In this document: piece by piece, positions 23,823 through 36,596 of the stretch
How positions within the stretch are numbered: the stretch's first letter is position 1
How the letters are laid out: every line of letters begins with the position of its first letter
Source of the DNA: Octopus sinensis
Taxonomy: Eukaryota
Assembly (NCBI RefSeq): GCF_006345805.1
Contig: NC_043016.1
Location: forward strand, 6,324,001 to 6,388,000
DNA: 64,000 bases
Direction of reading: 5' to 3'
The notes under the pieces: model-generated
The model's input: the letters and a program-made list of their open reading frames with translations, nothing else
What the model was told of the DNA's origin: nothing
Databases searched by the model: none
Made by a program: the position numbers and the translations under genes

Positions 23823-24025
23823 ATATTTCTTTATTGCCCACAAAGGGCTAAACATAGAGGAGACAGACAAAGGGATTAAGTTGATTACAACGACCCCAGT
23901 GCAAAACTGGTACTTTATTTATCGACCACGAAAGGATGAAAGGCAAATTCCGCCGAGGTCGACTTTGCTTTTCATCCTTTCATAGTCGATAAATAAAGTA
24001 CCAGTTTTGCACTGGGGTTGATGTA
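23823..24025. mobile_element. MetaSINE-like element with internal inversion (fold-back)
   Basis: ACCCCAGTGCAAAACTGGTACTTTATTTATCGAC recurs as reverse complement GTCGATAAATAAAGTACCAGTTTTGCACTGGGGT. Confidence 0.8.
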
Positions 24026-24166
24026 AGGAAGTATTTAAGGAAGTATTTATTTACCATTACGTTACAATACCTTGCCTCAACGGGCAGGATTTGATAAATC
24101 CAAAAGCATGCAAAGTAAAGTTTGTGTTTGTATTCTCTTCCACAACAAATAGCAGTCAACTCTCTC

Positions 24167-24386
24167 TTAACCCTGTAGCATTCAGTTTATTCTGTCAGAT
24201 GTAAAACTTTATTCACATTGTTTTGAATTGCTCATGTATTATCTCGTAGCTTTGAGATTTTGATGATATGATAGTTTATTTATAGCATGACATTGTTGGG
24301 TTAGTGTGAGAGGGTGTAAGTGGCTGGTTTGAACATAAAACAGAATATTTGGTCTGGATATGGCTTGTTTAAATGCGAAAGGTTAA
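24167..24386 (+). mobile_element. piggyBac-type MITE
   Basis: TTAA-CCCTGTAGCATT..AATGCGAAAGG-TTAA; second copy at 32282-32509. Confidence 0.75.
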
Positions 24387-24403
24387 AAGGTTGTTAAACC
24401 AAG

Positions 24404-24631
24404 TGGTGAGCTGGCAGAAACGTTAGCATGCTGGGCGAAATGCTTAGCAGTATTTCGTCTGCCGTTATGTTCTGAGTTCAAAATCCGCCAAGGTCGACTT
24501 TGCCTTTCATCCTTTCGGGGTCGATAAATTAAGTACCAGTTACTCACTGGAGTCGATATAATCGACTTAATCCATTTGTCTGTTCTTGTTTGTCTCTTCT
24601 GTGTTTAGCCCCTTGTGGGTAGTAAAGAAAT
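24404..24631 (+). mobile_element. Full-length tRNA-derived MetaSINE-like element
   Basis: GAGCTGGCAGAA head, GAGTTCAAAATCC B box, GTCGACTTTGCCTTTCATCC core; 16-bp TSD AGGTTGTTAAACCAAG (24388-24403, 24632-24647). Confidence 0.9.
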
Positions 24632-26143
24632 AGGTTGTTAAACCAAGCAACATATTAGCTCTACTGCTTTTTTTCACTCATCAGCCAATGAAAAATGGAT
24701 GATGGTATTTTACCATATTACCAAGGTGAGTGAAGATATATTTTATTGGATTCAAAGATACATCAGCCACCCTTGACTGGGTGTTTGCAAATCAGAAAGA
24801 CATCAGCAGGCCTTTTAATCAGTTATTTCTTATTACCCTTCCATGACACAATCATTTAAATCCAAGTATTTCTTTGATTGGCATCAGAAAATCTCAAATG
24901 ATCAAGCTTTTTGATATTGCAACAATACTGGTTTGGGAAATGGTAAACTTTTTCTACTTCTCCAACTGTAGATATTAATCATTAGCATTGCAAAACAACA
25001 ACCATTGCACCAACATCTTCTTAAGCCTTTTCACTTTACTAATATATTTGTAATGATAAAGCTTTTAGTTGAAGTCATGGGTCACCGATTGTAGCTGGAG
25101 AAATGGATTTGTAAACAATATTATGAAATGTCAGAGTCAGCCGCTGTAATGATAAAAATTTGTTGTTATGACAGCAAGTTGTAAGATGTGAAAGATGAAC
25201 AATGCATGAAGTTTTAAGGAAGTATTCATTTACCGTTACGTTACAATACCTTGCCTCGATGAGCAGGTTATGATAAATCTAAAGACATGCGAAGTAAAGT
25301 TTGTGTTTGTGTTCTCTTCATTGTTTAGTAGTAATTATGGAGAGAGATAGAATGATGTTGTAAGAGAACAGAATTAGAGCTGGTGAGAGTTGTAGGGTGT
25401 TGTCTCATAGTTGCTGACAGTAAACTTCATTTCTGTTGCTGACCATTATCTTTAGTAGAAGCATTCCTTGTGATCATGATTCTAGCAGCCCATTCCCTAA
25501 CTGAGTCATCATGAGCTGCCTCGCTCAGTTGTCGCCAAGTGACTACTTGGTTGAGTTGTCTCCATGTGACTAGTCTCGTTGAGTCGTCACTGACTGTGAC
25601 TAACTGATTTTTGCTTGGGGAATGCTTGCTTTTATAACTAGCCAGAAGGATAAACATATCATTGAGAACAATAGATTTAGTTGGTGGTTTTGTTATCTCT
25701 ATTCTAGCTTTTGGTGAAGTAGAAGAGGTTAGAAAGGGTCAAGTGGTGAAAACATTATTTTGGTCCAGCTAAAGGCATCTGGGAAATGTAAAACTGCTGT
25801 CAGAGAAAAAAACCATTGTTCCATCGTGGGAAAAGTTCTGTTGCAGTGTTAACTTCAATTTGACTATGGTGGATCGAATCCACTTCATGCATGCAAGATC
25901 CACTACATATTTATCTAATCAAAAGTCACTCTCTTTATGAACCATAAATGGAATCAATCAAGCATCAAAATCTTGAATTTAAAAATGTAATCTTACTTCT
26001 TCATAACATCAAACAAGACTCAATGCTTTTATAATACCAAGTATTAGAAGTCAGACAGCTATTCACACTGGGAGTATGAACTCTAAACCAATGAGCATAC
26101 ATTGTTTACCTATAGCTATTGCATGCACTATATACTTGTATCT

Positions 26144-26455
26144 GTGGAGATGCAATGGCCCGGTGGTTAGGACAGCGGACTCACAGTTGTAGGATCGCGG
26201 TTTCGATTCCCAGACCGGGCGTTGTGAGTGTTTATTGAGTGAAAATACCTAAAGCTCCAAGAGGCTCTGGCAGGGGGTGGTGGAGATCCCTGCTGTACTC
26301 TTTTGCCACAACTTTCTCTCACTCTTTCTTCTGTTGGCCTGCTTGCTTAGCCAGCGGGGTGGCGTCATTTGAAGGCTAAAACAATGTAAAGCACATTGTG
26401 ACCAGCGATGTGTAGCAACATCTGATAGCATGGTCAGTCATGGTGATCACGGTGA
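26144..26455 (+). mobile_element. tRNA-derived SINE, GTGGAG-head family
   Basis: TGGCCCGGTGGTTAG A box, GGTTTCGATTCC B box; TSD TATACYTGTATCT. Confidence 0.9.
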
Positions 26456-26679
26456 TATACCTGTATCTATATTGTATGTTCTATATCTCTAAGAATAAGG
26501 AACATTATATACTTACAGCTATAGGGTACATTATACACCCATATCTAAAGGGTACATCATATACCTGTATATATAGTATAAATTACATATTTGTATTTGT
26601 GGTAGACATTAAATCGGGGAAAAGTAGTTTCCCATTGTAACAATTTACTTTCAATTTTTTTATTAAATTTTCCCTCAAT

Positions 26680-27015
26680 GTACATACATATGTACATACA
26701 TTCATACATACATACAGACATATATACATACATTCATACATACATACATTCATACATACATACATTCATACATACATACGTATGTACGTATATACATACA
26801 TACATACATACATACACACATACATACATACATACATACATACATACATTCATACATACATACGTATATACACACATACATACATATATACATACATACA
26901 TACGTATGTACATACACACACACATACATACATACATGTACACACATACATAGATACATGCATACATACATACATACATACATACATACATACATACATA
27001 CATACATACATACAC
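26680..27015. repeat. (CATA)n microsatellite
   Basis: Directly visible tetranucleotide tract. Confidence 0.97.
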
Positions 27016-27276
27016 ACCATCATCATCATCATTCTCTAACATCAATTTTTCTTAATCTCTTGAATAGAAATTGTTGATGTAAATTTTCTACAGCTGGATG
27101 CTCTTTCTGTCACCAAACTTCACCTGTTTCAAAGCAAGGTAACATGTCCCCATGATCAGACATGTTTTCCATAGAAGAATGGAAATAAACAACACTGCTT
27201 CAATAATGGGGGACACTTATTTTGAAACTATCATGTAGTGTTGAGGCTAGGAGACAGTAGCACTGACACACACGCA

Positions 27277-27373
<97 letters not shown>

Positions 27374-27407
27374 GTCTGTCTGTCTGTCTGTCTGTATATA
27401 TATATAT
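27277..27407. repeat. Compound (TCTA)n(TCTG)n(TA)n microsatellite
   Basis: Directly visible. Confidence 0.97.
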
Positions 27408-27617
27408 TCCAAGAAAGTTGGAGGCTGTGAATCCAACCAACTAAGGGATAATATCTACCCAATATACTTCTGGTAGAATACCCAATTATTAATACACAAG
27501 TGCTTTTTATTGCATTGCAGTTACATTACTGAGTGTACTAAATGGGTGAGGGTAAAGAGATATTTTACCATTAATTTATAGAGCAGTAAGAAAATGGAGG
27601 GGATCAATAGGTGGGAA

Positions 27618-29587
27618 ATCATCATCATCATCGTTTAACATCCGTTCTCCATGCAAGCATGGGTTGGACGGTTCAGCCGGGGTCTGGGAAGCCAGAAGGC
27701 TGGACCAGGCTCCGGTCTGATCTGGCAGTGTTTCTACAGCTGGATGCCCTTCCTAACGCCAACCACTCCCTGAGTGTAGTGGATGCTTTTTACGTGCCAC
27801 CTGCACAGGTGCCAGGCGAGGCTGGCAACGGCCACGATCGGATTGGTGCATTTTACGTGCCACCAGCACGGAAGCCAGTCTGAGTGGCGCTGGCATCGGC
27901 CATGTTCAGATGGTGCTTTTTACGTGCCACAGCTCAGGGATCACAACTGCAGTTTCCATTGATTTTGATGTCGGTGTACTTGACTCAATGGATCTCCTCA
28001 AGCACAGGGTCGAAATGGTGTTTCTTCACTTGCCACCTGCACAGGAGTCAGTCCAGCGGTCCTGGCAACTGCTGAATGCCAGTCATAGGATTGGTTCAAT
28101 TTCGATTCCGATTTCACTTGCCCCAACAGGTCTTTGCAAGCAGAGTTTAGTGTCCAATGAAGGGAGGTTGGCATGGGTGCCTGTCGTCGGATGAGGTTCA
28201 ATTTCGACTTTGCTTGCCTCAACAGGTCTTTGTGTGTCCAAGGGAGGAAAGACATGCATAAGTGGGCTGGACTCACTTGTCCTGCCGGGTCTTCTCACGC
28301 ACAGCATATTTCCAAAGGACTCGGTCGCTAGTCATTGCCTCGGGGAGGCCTAAATTTCGAAGGTCATGCTTCACCACCTCGTCCCAGGTTTTCCTGGGTC
28401 TACCTCTTCCACGGGTTCCCTCAACTGCTAGGGTATGGTACTTTTTCACACAACTATCTTCATCCATTCTCGCCACATGACCATATCAGTGCAATCGTCT
28501 CTCTTGCACACCACAGCTGATGCTTCTTAGGTCCAACATTTCTCTCAAGGTACTAACACTCTGTCGAGTATGCACAGTGACATTACACATTCATCGGAGC
28601 ATACTGGCTTCATTCCTCGCGAGCTTATGTGTGTCCTCAGCAGTCACAGCCCATGTTTCACTGCCATGTAGCATGGCTGTTCGTACACATGCATCATACA
28701 GTCTGCCTTTTACTCTGAGCGAGAGGCCTTTAGTCACCAGCAGAGGTAAGAGCCCCCTGAACTTTGCCCAGGCTATTCTTACTCTAGCAGTTACACTTTC
28801 AGCACACCTGCCCCTGCTACTGACTTGGTCACCTAGATAACGGAAGCTATCAACTACTTTTAGTTTTTCCCCCTGGAAAGTGACGGAAGTTGTTCTCTGC
28901 ACATTTTCAGTGTTTATTGCTCCTGAGCATCTGCCACATACAAAAACTATCTTCCTATTTAGCCTTCCTTTGATATTGCTGCACCTCTTATGTGTCCACA
29001 GCTTACACTGGGTACATCTTATAGAGTTTCTACCTACGCCTTTTCTACAGATCAAGTAGGGCCATATACCTGAAGGCATTTGTGGTTTGTCTACCTTCCA
29101 GCTTATTAGGACTTTGGTTTTAGCTAGGTTGACTCTAAGGCCCCTCGATTCTAATCCTTGCTTCCACACCTGAAACTTCTCCTCCAGTTCTGATAGTGAC
29201 TCAGCAATTAGAGCAAGGTCATCAGCATAGAGGAGCTCCCAGGGGCAACCTGTCTTGAATTCCTCCATAATTGCCTGGAGGACTATGATAAATAGGAGGG
29301 GGCTGAGGACTGAACCCTGGTGGACCCCAACCTCTACCTTGAATTCTTCAGTGTACACGTTGCCAACCCTAACCTTACTTACAGCATCCCTGTACATGGC
29401 TTGCACAGCTCTCACCAGCCATTCATCTATCCCTAGTTTCCTCATTGACCACCAGATAAGGCATCGGGGGACCCTGTCAAAGGCTTTCTCCATGTCAACA
29501 AAAACTAGGTACAGGGGCTTATCTTTGGCTAGGTATTTCTCCTGCAGCTGTCTCACCAGAAATATGGCATCAGTGGTGCTTTTCCAT
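27618..29587 (-). mobile_element. PHD-RTE LINE, 5'-truncated: RT core, PHD, thumb, UTR, tail
   Basis: FVDMEKAFDRV, GVHQGSVLSPLLF, LYADD, VNLAKTK, Cys-rich insert, FRYLG, HGSETW, EKTRQDK*. Confidence 0.97.
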
Positions 29588-29604
29588 GGTACGTATGTGT
29601 GTGG

Positions 29605-29671
<67 letters not shown>

Positions 29672-29959
29672 ATATATGTATATATGTGAGGTGTGTATAC
29701 ATACATACATATATATAAACTTACTTGGAAATGGATGCGTTGCATTCAATCAAGTAATATATAATATCACTGTTTAAGTTGCCTAATAGTGGTTTTATCT
29801 CTAATTTAATTTTTATATATATATTTTATATATATATATATTTTATATATATAATTTTTATATGACGTTAAACGATGATGATGATGATGATGATGATGAT
29901 GACCTTCGAACTCTAGGTCTCACCAAGGAAATCATATATCAGAAAGCAGGGGTTAAGTG

Positions 29960-30804
29960 ACCCATCCGTTTGTGTCCGCTGTCAGACTCGTCTGGCACCT
30001 GTGCCGGTGATACGTAAAAGCACCATTCGCTCGTGGCCGTTTGCCAGCTCTGCCTGGCCCCGTGTCGGTGGCACGTAAAAGCACCATCCATTCGTGTTCG
30101 TTGCCAGCCTCGCCTGGCCCCGTGTCGGTGACACGTAAAAGCACCGTCCGTTCGCGGCCGTTTGCCAGCTCTGTCTGGCCCCGTGTCGGTGGCACGTAAA
30201 AGCACCATCCGTTCGTGGCCATTTGCCAGCTCTGTCTGGCCCCGTGTCGGTGGCACGTAAAAGCACCATCCGTTCGTGTCCGTTGCCAGCCTCGGCTGGC
30301 CCCCGTGCCAGTGACACGTAAAAGCACCGTCCGCTTGTGGCCGTTTGCCAGCTCTGTCTGGCAACCGTGTCGGTGGCACGTAAAAGCACCATCCGTTCGC
30401 ATCCGTTGCCAGCCTTGGCTGGCCCCCGTGCCGGTGACACGTAAAAGCACCGTCCGTTCGTGGCCGTTTGCCAGCTCTGTCTGGCCCTGTCTCGGTGGCA
30501 CGTAAAAGCACCATCCGTTCGTGTCCGTTGCCAGCATCGCTTGGCCCCGTGCCGGTGACACGTAAAAGCACCATCCGTTCGTGGCCGTTCGCCAGCTCTG
30601 TCTGGCACCTGTGCAGGTGGCACGTAAAAAACACCCACTACACTCGCGGAGTGGTTGGCGTTAGGAAGGGCATCCAGCCGTAGAAACACTGCCAGATCTG
30701 ACTGGGCCTGACGAAGCCTTCCAGCTTCACAGACCCCAGTTGACCCGTCCAACCCATGCTAGCATGGAAAGCGGACGCTAAACGATGATGATGATGATGA
30801 TGAT
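29960..30804 (+). mobile_element. PHD-RTE 3' UTR-only copy with 11-unit array
   Basis: CGTAAAA recurs at about 61-bp spacing from 30013 to 30623, then terminal domain and GAT tail. Confidence 0.93.
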
Positions 30805-30821
30805 ATATATATATATACATA

Positions 30822-31041
30822 TATAATCAAAAGAAGCAACTAGGATATCCAAGGTAGTGTAGTACAATCGTTTCATGCTACTTCATTTTATTAAACAATG
30901 TAATTATTACATCAGTTTTAAAATTTAGATTGCTTTACATTTTAAAACTGATGTAATAATTACATTGTTTAATAAAATGAAGTAGCATGAAACGATTGTA
31001 CTACTCTACCTTGGATATCCTAGTTGCTTCTTTTGATTATA
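30822..31041. repeat. Near-perfect palindrome, 103-bp arms, 14-nt loop
   Basis: 30822-30924 versus 30939-31041, one mismatch seen. Confidence 0.95.
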
Positions 31042-31101
31042 ATCATCCCATTTGATTTATATGGATAATACCATACCAAATTCCGGTGCCTTTAACTTAA
31101 G

Positions 31102-31141
<40 letters not shown>

Positions 31142-31344
31142 TATATAGCATCTAAATTTGTTTATGGGGGAAACATTTTGAATATGCAAATAAAGCTCCT
31201 ATCCCATTATGGTGGCTACAGTTTAATGATGTTGACTGGTGAACCAATTTTTTGAGGTTGCACCAACCTGTACTGATATAATGCAGGATAAATACTGCAA
31301 TAATAAGAATAATCCAAGGATTATTGTTATTATTACTATATATA

Positions 31345-31423
<79 letters not shown>

Positions 31424-31599
31424 ATATATATAATATATAATATATATAATTCAAAATAAGCAACAAGGACATCCAAGGTAGATCCTTGTGCTTATTTTGA
31501 TTATAATCACCCCATTTGATTTATATGGATAATACCATACCAAATTCTGGTGCCTTTAACTTAAGTACCATATTCATCTGAATCTAAATTTTGCTGAAC

Positions 31600-31643
<44 letters not shown>

Positions 31644-32281
31644 CTGAATATGAAACAGAAGCAGCGCTAGCATAATAAACATTATCAACCACATATACTT
31701 AATGTATGCATGTTTGCATATAAGTATGTGTGCATGTGTGTGTGTACGCATATGTGCAGGTGTCTGTTAGTGCCTATGCACAAATGTATTCTAACCAGTT
31801 GCCTAACTCTAGATATTTATTCTTATGCATCTGTGTACATCCAAATATATTTGAATAATGCCATTGACAAACCGCCTAGTTCGGTCACTGACCTCCCTTC
31901 CTTGAAATGACCAATATTACCTCCCCTTCCCTCTCACACTATTTTTTACTTCCATCCTTCAATCTCACTCTATCCTAAGTTCTCTTCATTTCTCCTTCCT
32001 GTCACCATTCTCTCTTTCACTACTTTCATATGCAGCATGGAGCAGCTAAGGTTTTAAATCCCTACTATTTTCTGCCATAATCTATTCTGTCAACTATACA
32101 TTTGTGGACTGAAAACAAACAGCACTTTTTCTTGCACCATGACAAAAAATATTGGATGTTCTTTTCCTACTGAAAAATGAATTTAAACAAAAACTGTAAC
32201 ACTTTATAAAAATAAATACAATTTTTTTCTAATACTTTGACCTCCACCAATTTTCTGGATTCTACAATTTTACCTTTGTGT

Positions 32282-32509
32282 ATAACCCTTTAGCATTCAG
32301 ATTATTCTGTTAAATCTAATCCTTATTTATTCACATTGCTTTAAATTAATTATGGATTATCTCATAGCTTTGAGATTTTGATGATGTGATTGTTTAATTT
32401 TCGAATGACATTGTAGGAGAGGTGTGAGAGATTAGATTTGACCAGTTTGAGCATAACAAAGATAGAGCTTTTGGGTTGGATATGGCCAGATTAAATGCTA
32501 AAGGGTTGA
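32282..32509 (+). mobile_element. piggyBac-type MITE, second copy
   Basis: CCCTTTAGCATT..AATGCTAAAGGG termini, degenerate TTAA flanks, internal match to 24167-24386. Confidence 0.75.
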
Positions 32510-33309
32510 TGTGTAAGTGACCATCCCATCTATGCTCTGTTCCTTGTTACTTGTGAATATGCCCTGGCACTTCATCACCATCTCTCTCTCCTGCTCTCTC
32601 TTGCACTTTTGCTGTTTCTCTCTCTCTCTGGCTTTTCCTTCCGACTGGATAGCCATGTATCTCCTCTACAGCAGCACATCTATTTCTGCCCTCATTCTTG
32701 ATCACTCTATGAAACGGAAAATAAGGCTGGAGAAAAAATGCCTGTCGCAAAGTGTGTTTCGTAAAAGATGGAAGTCTATAGCAAGTATGTTGCGAGTGAA
32801 AGAACCTGTTTAAACGAGAATATAAAAAAGGAGAAAGCAAAGTCTTCAGTGTGAGTTTGTGGTTTGTGGGGTCAACTGCGTCCTCCACTTCATTTTTTGT
32901 TAATCACTCATTCTCATTTAATTGTGTATATTTTAATTGTTTGTTTATTCATACGTTTCGTCTCATTCGATACCCTGACCCCAACATTTGTTTTGTCTGT
33001 CCTCGTATCGTCCCCTCTTTTTCTCAACCTTATGGTGAATAAAAAAATTCTCTCTCTCTCCTTCTATTGCTTTTCCCTCTGACTAGGTAACCAAGTATCT
33101 CCTTTACATCAGCACACCTGTTTCTGTCCAATTTCTCATACCCCCCACTCTCTCTCTCCCCAGGTAACCATGTAACTCCTTTATAGCAAGACACCTGTTT
33201 CTGCCTCTCTGTTTCTCTGTCATGCCCTAGCTGTTCATCATTTGACACTAGATCCTCCAATACCCCCAGGACACTTGTTTCTGCTTCTTTGTCTCTTTGT
33301 CACACTCTA

Positions 33310-33462
33310 ACCTTATTTACATTATTTACATTTGATGGATATTTGTCCTCATTTTGTTTGTTGTTAACACAATGTTTCGGCTGATGTACTCTCCAGTCTT
33401 CATCAGGTGTCCTGGGGAAATTTCAAACCTGAGTTCTCATTCCTAAGGTATTTTTCTGATGT
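33310..33462 (-). mobile_element. Short repeat carrying a hammerhead-like motif
   Basis: Minus strand CTGATGA-AGACTG-GAGAGTACAT-CAGCC-GAAAC at about 33374-33406; stems I and III unclear. Confidence 0.4.
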
Positions 33463-33477
33463 TAATTATTATTATTA

Positions 33478-33554
<77 letters not shown>

Positions 33555-33580
33555 CATCATTATTATTATTATCATTATTA

Positions 33581-33611
<31 letters not shown>

Positions 33612-33628
33612 CATCATTATTATTATTA

Positions 33629-33666
<38 letters not shown>
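33463..33666. repeat. (ATT)n/(ATC) microsatellite
   Basis: Directly visible; lies at the 3' end of the Dong fragment. Confidence 0.97.
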
Positions 33667-33960
33667 GTATGTTTGACTTTTGCTTTACATTTGTACAAGT
33701 TGCCTCCAAGTCTCACCCAGAGACCTCATGAGACAACAGGTTGGAAGTTCATGTTGGTGTTATGCCGAGGGTGTCATATATTTGGTTTTGTACTAAGTGT
33801 TGTACTAGTGAATGTTTAAGAAACCACAAGAAAAGTATGCTTGTTTTAAAACTTGAGATTACATAGAAAGTATTTTGCGTAGGATACAAGCAGTTCCCAT
33901 GAGCACTATCTTTTGAATTTCTACCATTTTGGGGTTTCCTGGTATCTGAGTTAGGCAGCA
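33667..33960 (-). mobile_element. R4/Dong-type non-LTR element 3' end
   Basis: LTQIPGNPKMVEIQKIVLMGTACILRKILSM* (stop 33859-33861), then UTR running into (TAA)n, the known Dong target type. Confidence 0.8.
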
Positions 33961-34143
33961 ATTTTCTTATTTGTATTTACGGTAAAATATTTTTTACCTT
34001 CACCCATTCAATACAATAAATGAACTAATTGCATTGCAATTAAAAGCATTTATGTATTTAATATTTGGGTACTTTACCAGCAGTATATTGGATAACTGAT
34101 ATCCCATAGGGGGTTACACTCATAACCACTATCTCACTTTGTA

Positions 34144-34192
<49 letters not shown>

Positions 34193-34204
34193 TGTATGTA
34201 TGTA

Positions 34205-34270
<66 letters not shown>

Positions 34271-34274
34271 ATAT

Positions 34275-35745
34275 TTCAAGACAGGATGCCCCTGGGAGCT
34301 CCTCTATGCTGATGACCTTGCTCTAATTGCTGAGTCACTATCAGAACTGGAGGAGAAGTTTCAGGTGTGGAAGCTAGGATTAGAATCAAAGGGCCTTAGA
34401 GTCAACCTAGCTAAAACCAAAGTCCTAATAAGCTGGAAGGTAGACAAATCACAAACGCCTTCAGGTAGATGGCGCTGCTCAATCTGTAGAAAAGATGTAG
34501 GTAGAAACTCTATAAGATGCACCAAGTGTAAGCTATGGACACATAAGAGGTGCAGCAATGTCAAAGGAAGGCTAAATAGGAAAATAGTTTTTGTATGTGG
34601 CAGATGCTCTGGTGCAATAAACACTAAAAATGTGCAGAGACCATCTTCCGCCACATTCCAGGGAGAAAAACTAGAAATAGTTGATAGTTTCCATTACCTA
34701 GGTGATCAAGTCAGTAGCAGGGGCAGGTGTGCTGAAAGTGTAACTGCTAGAGTAAGAATAGCCTGGGCAAAGTTCAGAGAGCTCTTACCTCTGCTGGTAA
34801 CAAAAGGCCTCTTGCTCAGAGTAAAAGGCAGACTATATGACGCATGTGTACGAACAGCCATGCTTCATGGCAGTGAAGCATGGGCTGTGACTGCTGAGGA
34901 TATGCGTAAGCTTGCAAGAAATGAAGCCAGTATGCTCCGATGGATGTGTAATGTCAGTGTTCATACCTGACAGAGTGTAAATACCTTGAGAGAAAGGTTG
35001 GGCCTAAGAAGCATCAGATATGGTGTGCAAGAGAGTTGTCTACACTGGTATGGACATGTGGTAAGAATGGATGAAGATAGTTGTGTGAAAAAGTGCCACA
35101 CCCTAGCAGTTGAGGGAACATGTTGAAGAGGTAGACCTAGGAAAACCTGGGACGAGGTGGTGAAGCACGACCTTTGCTCTTTAGGTCTCACCGAGGAAAT
35201 GACCAGAGAACGAGACCTTTGGAAGTATGCTGTGCGTGAGAAGACCCGGCAGGACAAGTGAGGCCATAACCTGTGACCTCTACCTGGGACATAGTCAGTC
35301 CACCAGTGCATACCTTTCTTCTTGGGACACAAAGCTCTACTTGTGAAGACCTGTTGAGGCAAGTGAAAATCAAAATCGAAATCGATCAACATCAATGGAA
35401 TTTGTAGCCGTGATACCAGTGCCGGTGGCACGTAAGGGAACCATCCGAACGTGGCCGTAGCCAGTGCCGCATCGCCTGGCATCCGTGCTGGTGGTACGTA
35501 ACAAACACCATCCGATCGTGTCTGTTGCCAGCCTCGCCTGGCCTCCGTGCTGGTGGCACGTAAAAAGCACCATCCGGGCGTGGCTGTTCGCCAGTCTCGT
35601 CTGGTACCTGTGTCGGTGGCATCCAGCTGTAGAAACACTGCCAGATCTGACTGGGCCTGGTGCAGCCTTCGGGCTGCCCAGACCCGAGTTGAGCCGTCCA
35701 ACCCATGCTAGCATGGAAAGCGGACGTTAAATGATGATGATGATG
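34275..35745 (+). mobile_element. PHD-RTE LINE, 5'-truncated
   Basis: LYADD, KTK, intact C4HC3 insert, FHYLG, HGSEAW, premature stops, array, GAT tail. Confidence 0.97.
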
Positions 35746-36489
35746 TATGTATATGTATATGTATACGTATATATATATATATATATTATATAATACAGTT
35801 ATTTATATACATACATATGTACATCTGCATATGCATAAATATATATACATCTGAAAAATGAAGCAAGAAAATAAATGAAAAACAGAAAGGAAAATATAAT
35901 TTTAGAACAGACACTGGTACCTACTTTCCTCATTTAGTTAACCAAATTATTTCCTTGACCAATGAACCCTTTGTAGTACAAAAATAAAACAATAATTCTT
36001 CAGTTTTTGGCTTATTGCCATCCACTTTTCTCTTTTTGGCTCTTCTATTACTGCAATAATAGACTATATATTATTTCACATTACTGTACATTTGTAGTAA
36101 GTTTCTGTCTTAGTTTGAACCTGAACTGTTTGTTTTCCAATGGCAAAAATTTCATAAACAGTAAAAGGATCATTGAAATTAAGTAATGACATCAACAAAA
36201 ATGTGACCAATGAAATTATATGTAAACATATGATTTCACCACAGATCTATCCATTCAGATTTGTCCTGGATCTCTGTAAAAAGAGGCCAAATCTGAAAAG
36301 AAAAGATGCAGAGAGCTTGACTAACAGTCAGTTTGAGTATCAGGACATAAAGCAGTGAAGTGTGACGGCCAGTAAATACTTGCATTTGGCTGTCTCGGTA
36401 ATCACAACTGTGAAAACGCTGTTTTGTAAAAAGAACTAACAATACCAACCCTAACACACTCACCACTTTTGCAGGCATATTATGGTTTC

Positions 36490-36596
36490 ATCACCACCAC
36501 CACAACCACCACCATTACCGCCACCGCCTGCACCACCACCACTACTACCGCCACCACCACCTCCATCACTGCCACCATTATCACCACCACCACCAC
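36490..36596. repeat. (CCA)n-type trinucleotide repeat
   Basis: Directly visible; adjoins a minus-strand RTE-like tail. Confidence 0.9.

Larger units (their letters stand above)
23290..26030 (-). mobile_element. Possible very decayed DNA transposase relic, split by later insertions
   Basis: Scattered minus-strand peptides (VEKVYHF, CHGRG, GTAKSF) loosely recall a Sola2-like transposase; heavily broken. Confidence 0.25.

Noticed and set aside
26144-26220. tRNA gene
   Set aside because: A and B boxes present but followed by SINE body, tail and TSD; the same holds for other tRNA-like heads
26583-27045. YIHT/MYVC repeat ORFs
   Set aside because: Translations of (CATA)n
30001-30060. Array unit as pistol, twister or preQ1 RNA
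   Set aside because: Stem-AAA-pseudoknot likeness only; pistol P2/P3 and twister or preQ1 conserved bases not found
29960-30640. CRISPR-like repeat/spacer appearance
   Set aside because: Variable parts are short and recurrent, there are no cas genes, and the array is the UTR of a eukaryotic LINE
29939-30752. Long overlapping ORFs in arrays (also 7967-8576)
   Set aside because: Stop-poor repeat read in several frames and both strands; unit length is not a fixed multiple of three
32705-33045. LTR-like segment with TATAAAA and AATAAA
   Set aside because: No TG..CA ends or TSD identified
33407-33731. Poly-Leu, poly-Tyr and poly-Ile ORFs
   Set aside because: Translations of (ATT)n
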